Origin: Candidatus Poribacteria bacterium
Lineage (GTDB): Bacteria > Poribacteria > WGA-4E > GCA-2687025
Length of the DNA: 64,000 nucleotides
Direction: 5' to 3'
Assembly: GCA_963665845.2 (NCBI GenBank)
Contig: OY762492.1
Span: forward strand, 3,360,001 to 3,424,000
Shown here piece after piece: positions 61,766-64,000 of the stretch. Position 1 is the first letter of the stretch, and each line of letters opens with the position of its first letter. The notes below the pieces were generated by a model. That model was not told the DNA's origin and made no database searches. It saw only the letters and a program-made list of their open reading frames with translations. The translations under genes and the position numbers were made by a program.

Positions 61766-61859
61766 TTAAGTACGCTCCTTTCAACGTCAAACGCGGTGCG
61801 AGGCGGCGCTTGAGTCCGCGGACCGCGCGCCGCCTTCTGGATTCGTTTCAGCGGTTCGG

Positions 61860-62630
61860 CTAGCGCGTCCACTTCAGCCGACCCCAAGAGAGCGCGAGAC
61901 GCCCCTTTGGATCAACGGATGTGAACTGGTTGAGGCCGTTGTCCGCCACATTGGCGATTTCGCCTTCTGTCAAGGCGCCGTTCCAGATGGAGACCTCGTC
62001 GATGGCGCCTTTCCATGCGAAGCCGCGGTTCGCGTCCAGTTCGCCGATCCAGATAGGAGACGGGTCGGCGTTTGTCGCCGCGTCGCCGTGCGCGCCGGCG
62101 CCTTCTTGCTTTCCGTTTATGAAGAGGCGCACCGCCGCGTCCCCGCCGCTTGCGTCAAACACATGGGCGAGATGGTACCATGTTCCGTTTTCAACGGCGG
62201 TGGAGCTGATCAGCTGCCCCTTTCCGTTGACGCGCGCGTGGATTTTTCCGCCCGCCCAGAGAAAGATGTTGAAGGCGTCCCCGTTTTGATGCGCGACCCG
62301 CTTGGAGATGATCGACATGCCTTCCAGCTCGCCGATGCCCTCGCATTTGAACCACGCGGTGATCGTGAACGCTTCTAAGCCTGCCAATTTGTCGGCATGT
62401 TCAACCTCAACCACGTTCGCGTTGTCGCCGTCAAACTGGATCGCTTTGCCAAATTTGCCTGCGGCGGAGGCAAGCGTTCCGTTCACCTTCACCGCGGTTG
62501 GATTTTCTGAAATGTCCGTCGGGCTGGCGGAGTTTTCCATGAGCAAAGTCAGAACCAGCTCCGCTGCGTCGGCGGATTGAATGCCGAACGCCAGGGCGGA
62601 CATGACGCATATTGCCATCGCTTTTTTCAT
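61860..62630 (-). CDS. Secreted LamG-like protein, tandem paralogue
   Basis: Signal peptide; GKFGKAIQFDG, FTITAW, WYHLA, GAIDEVSIWNGALT. Confidence 0.88.
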   Translation of the reverse strand: MKKAMAICVMSALAFGIQSADAAELVLTLLMENSASPTDISENPTAVKVNGTLASAAGKFGKAIQFDGDNANVVEVEHADKLAGLEAFTITAWFKCEGIGELEGMSIISKRVAHQNGDAFNIFLWAGGKIHARVNGKGQLISSTAVENGTWYHLAHVFDASGGDAAVRLFINGKQEGAGAHGDAATNADPSPIWIGELDANRGFAWKGAIDEVSIWNGALTEGEIANVADNGLNQFTSVDPKGRLALSWGRLKWTR

Positions 62631-62726
62631 CAAACGCTCCCTTGACATAAAGATAGGAATCGAACATCATGCCGAGTATAAACGCAATGAAACGGGAACG
62701 CAAGAGCAATTTGCTAAGGAAGGTTG

Positions 62727-63563
62727 ATGATGAAACAGCGCGCGATCCTATGCGCCGTTTTCTTTGGGATGGCGGCGCCCGCATTCGCTATCGAATTCAC
62801 CCTCGCATTTTTGACGGGCGGGGACGGGCTGGCTGACGAAGTCGCGGAAGCGGCGTTTGAGTGGGCGTCGGCCGATCTGGGCGCCGCGCATCTGACCGCG
62901 GACGGCAACGGCGGATTCACCCAGAACGGCGCCGCGCGGCCGCTGGATCAATACGCGGTCGTCTGGATACACCACTCCGCATCAAACACGACGCCGGCGG
63001 AGATCGTCTCGGACAACACGATGGACGCGGCGATGAATTATCTGGAGGCGGGCGGGTCTCTGTTTTTGTCGGCGCAGGCGGTTCGTTATGTGAACGACCT
63101 GGGCGTGGAAACGAACGGCAACCTGCGCGTTTTTCAGCCGCTAGGCAAAGGGCCGCCGGAGATCGGCGTCCGTCCCGCCGACGGCGAAGAGAACCATCCC
63201 ATTTTCAGCGGCTTTGACGCCGCGGAGCCGATTTTTCTATGCAGCATGGACCAGCCGGGCTTCACCGCCGATTTTCACGGACGGCCCGCCTTGGACGGAA
63301 AAGTGATCGGTACGAAAACGCGCGGCGGAGGAGGCGGAGGAGGCGAACGCCCGATCGTCGAATACAAGGTCGGGGAGGGGCTTATCTTGACGCTCGGACA
63401 TCACAACGCCGTTTATTCGGACGCCGACTCGGACGAAGGCGGGAACCTGCGTCAACTGACCGTCAACATTCTCGCCTACCTGGCTGAAAACTCCGCCTTC
63501 TTTTCGGTGGAGCCGCGCGGGAAGTTGAGCCTCGTTTGGGGGAAGCTCAAGTCGGAAGGCTAA
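62727..63563 (+). CDS. Secreted hypothetical protein (DUF4960/GATase-like fold possible)
   Basis: Signal peptide; LDQYAVVWIH, YLEAGGSLFLS, HPIFSG; same C-terminal tail as the LamG proteins. Confidence 0.7.
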   Translation: MMKQRAILCAVFFGMAAPAFAIEFTLAFLTGGDGLADEVAEAAFEWASADLGAAHLTADGNGGFTQNGAARPLDQYAVVWIHHSASNTTPAEIVSDNTMDAAMNYLEAGGSLFLSAQAVRYVNDLGVETNGNLRVFQPLGKGPPEIGVRPADGEENHPIFSGFDAAEPIFLCSMDQPGFTADFHGRPALDGKVIGTKTRGGGGGGGERPIVEYKVGEGLILTLGHHNAVYSDADSDEGGNLRQLTVNILAYLAENSAFFSVEPRGKLSLVWGKLKSEG

Positions 63564-64000
63564 CCGCCGCCGGCGCTCTCGGCGGCGGAGACGGCTGACA
63601 AGGTGCGCGAGACCTCCTCATGCGTGAAGCAGATCAGAACGTCGCCCTCCTCATAGGCGCTGAATCCGTTGACGGCGATGCCGCACTCGTACCCGGAGGA
63701 AACCTCCTGGACATTTTCGCGGAACCGGCGCAGCGAGTCGACGGAGCCTTCATGGACCACCTGTTCGCCGCGCATGACGCGCAGATTGGAGCCGCGCACA
63801 ATTTTGCCCGCGTTCACATAACTTCCGGCGGCGAGTCCCAGTCTAGAGACCTCAAACACCTGCCGCACCGTCGCGCGCCCGATGACGCGCTCCTCAATCG
63901 CCGGCTCCAGTAAGCCTTCCAGCGCCGATTTCACATCGTTCACGATGTCGTAGATGATGTTGTAAAGGCGGATGTCCACGCCTTCCCGCTCGGCTGCCTG
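63560..64000 (-). CDS. infB: Translation initiation factor IF-2 (C-terminal part; start outside window)
   Basis: DIRLYNIIYD, GRATVRQVF, SLRRFRENVQEVSSGYECGI. Confidence 0.95.
   Translation of the reverse strand, partial: QAAEREGVDIRLYNIIYDIVNDVKSALEGLLEPAIEERVIGRATVRQVFEVSRLGLAAGSYVNAGKIVRGSNLRVMRGEQVVHEGSVDSLRRFRENVQEVSSGYECGIAVNGFSAYEEGDVLICFTHEEVSRTLSAVSAAESAGGG

Overview
High-GC bacterial chromosomal window with about 46 CDSs. The many secreted WD40 proteins, LamG-like proteins ending in a shared SVxPxG(K/R)xxLxWG(K/R)LK tail and a sulfatase suggest Candidatus Poribacteria (inference only). Housekeeping genes (pgsA, rimO, cdsA-dxr-rseP, hisA, yitJ-metH, priA, infB) alternate with local tandem duplications: WD40 x2 and x3, M50 protease x2, three paralogues behind an ECF sigma/anti-sigma pair, three paralogues behind an M15 peptidase, Na/Pi symporter x2 and LamG x2. 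Most large intergenic gaps hold mosaic clusters of several palindromic repeat families. Top candidates for new biology: (1) a Swt1-type HEPN domain fused to an altered family-4 uracil-DNA glycosylase, abutting priA; (2) a ~100-nt structured leader with compensatory base changes in front of both Na/Pi symporters; (3) an ECF sigma/anti-sigma operon with three paralogous exported proteins, one carrying an ExbD-like domain; (4) an M15 peptidase followed by three diversified membrane-anchored paralogues; (5) a shared C-terminal candidate sorting signal. No rRNA, tRNA, CRISPR array or transposase was seen. All family assignments come from motif recognition by eye; no searches were run.
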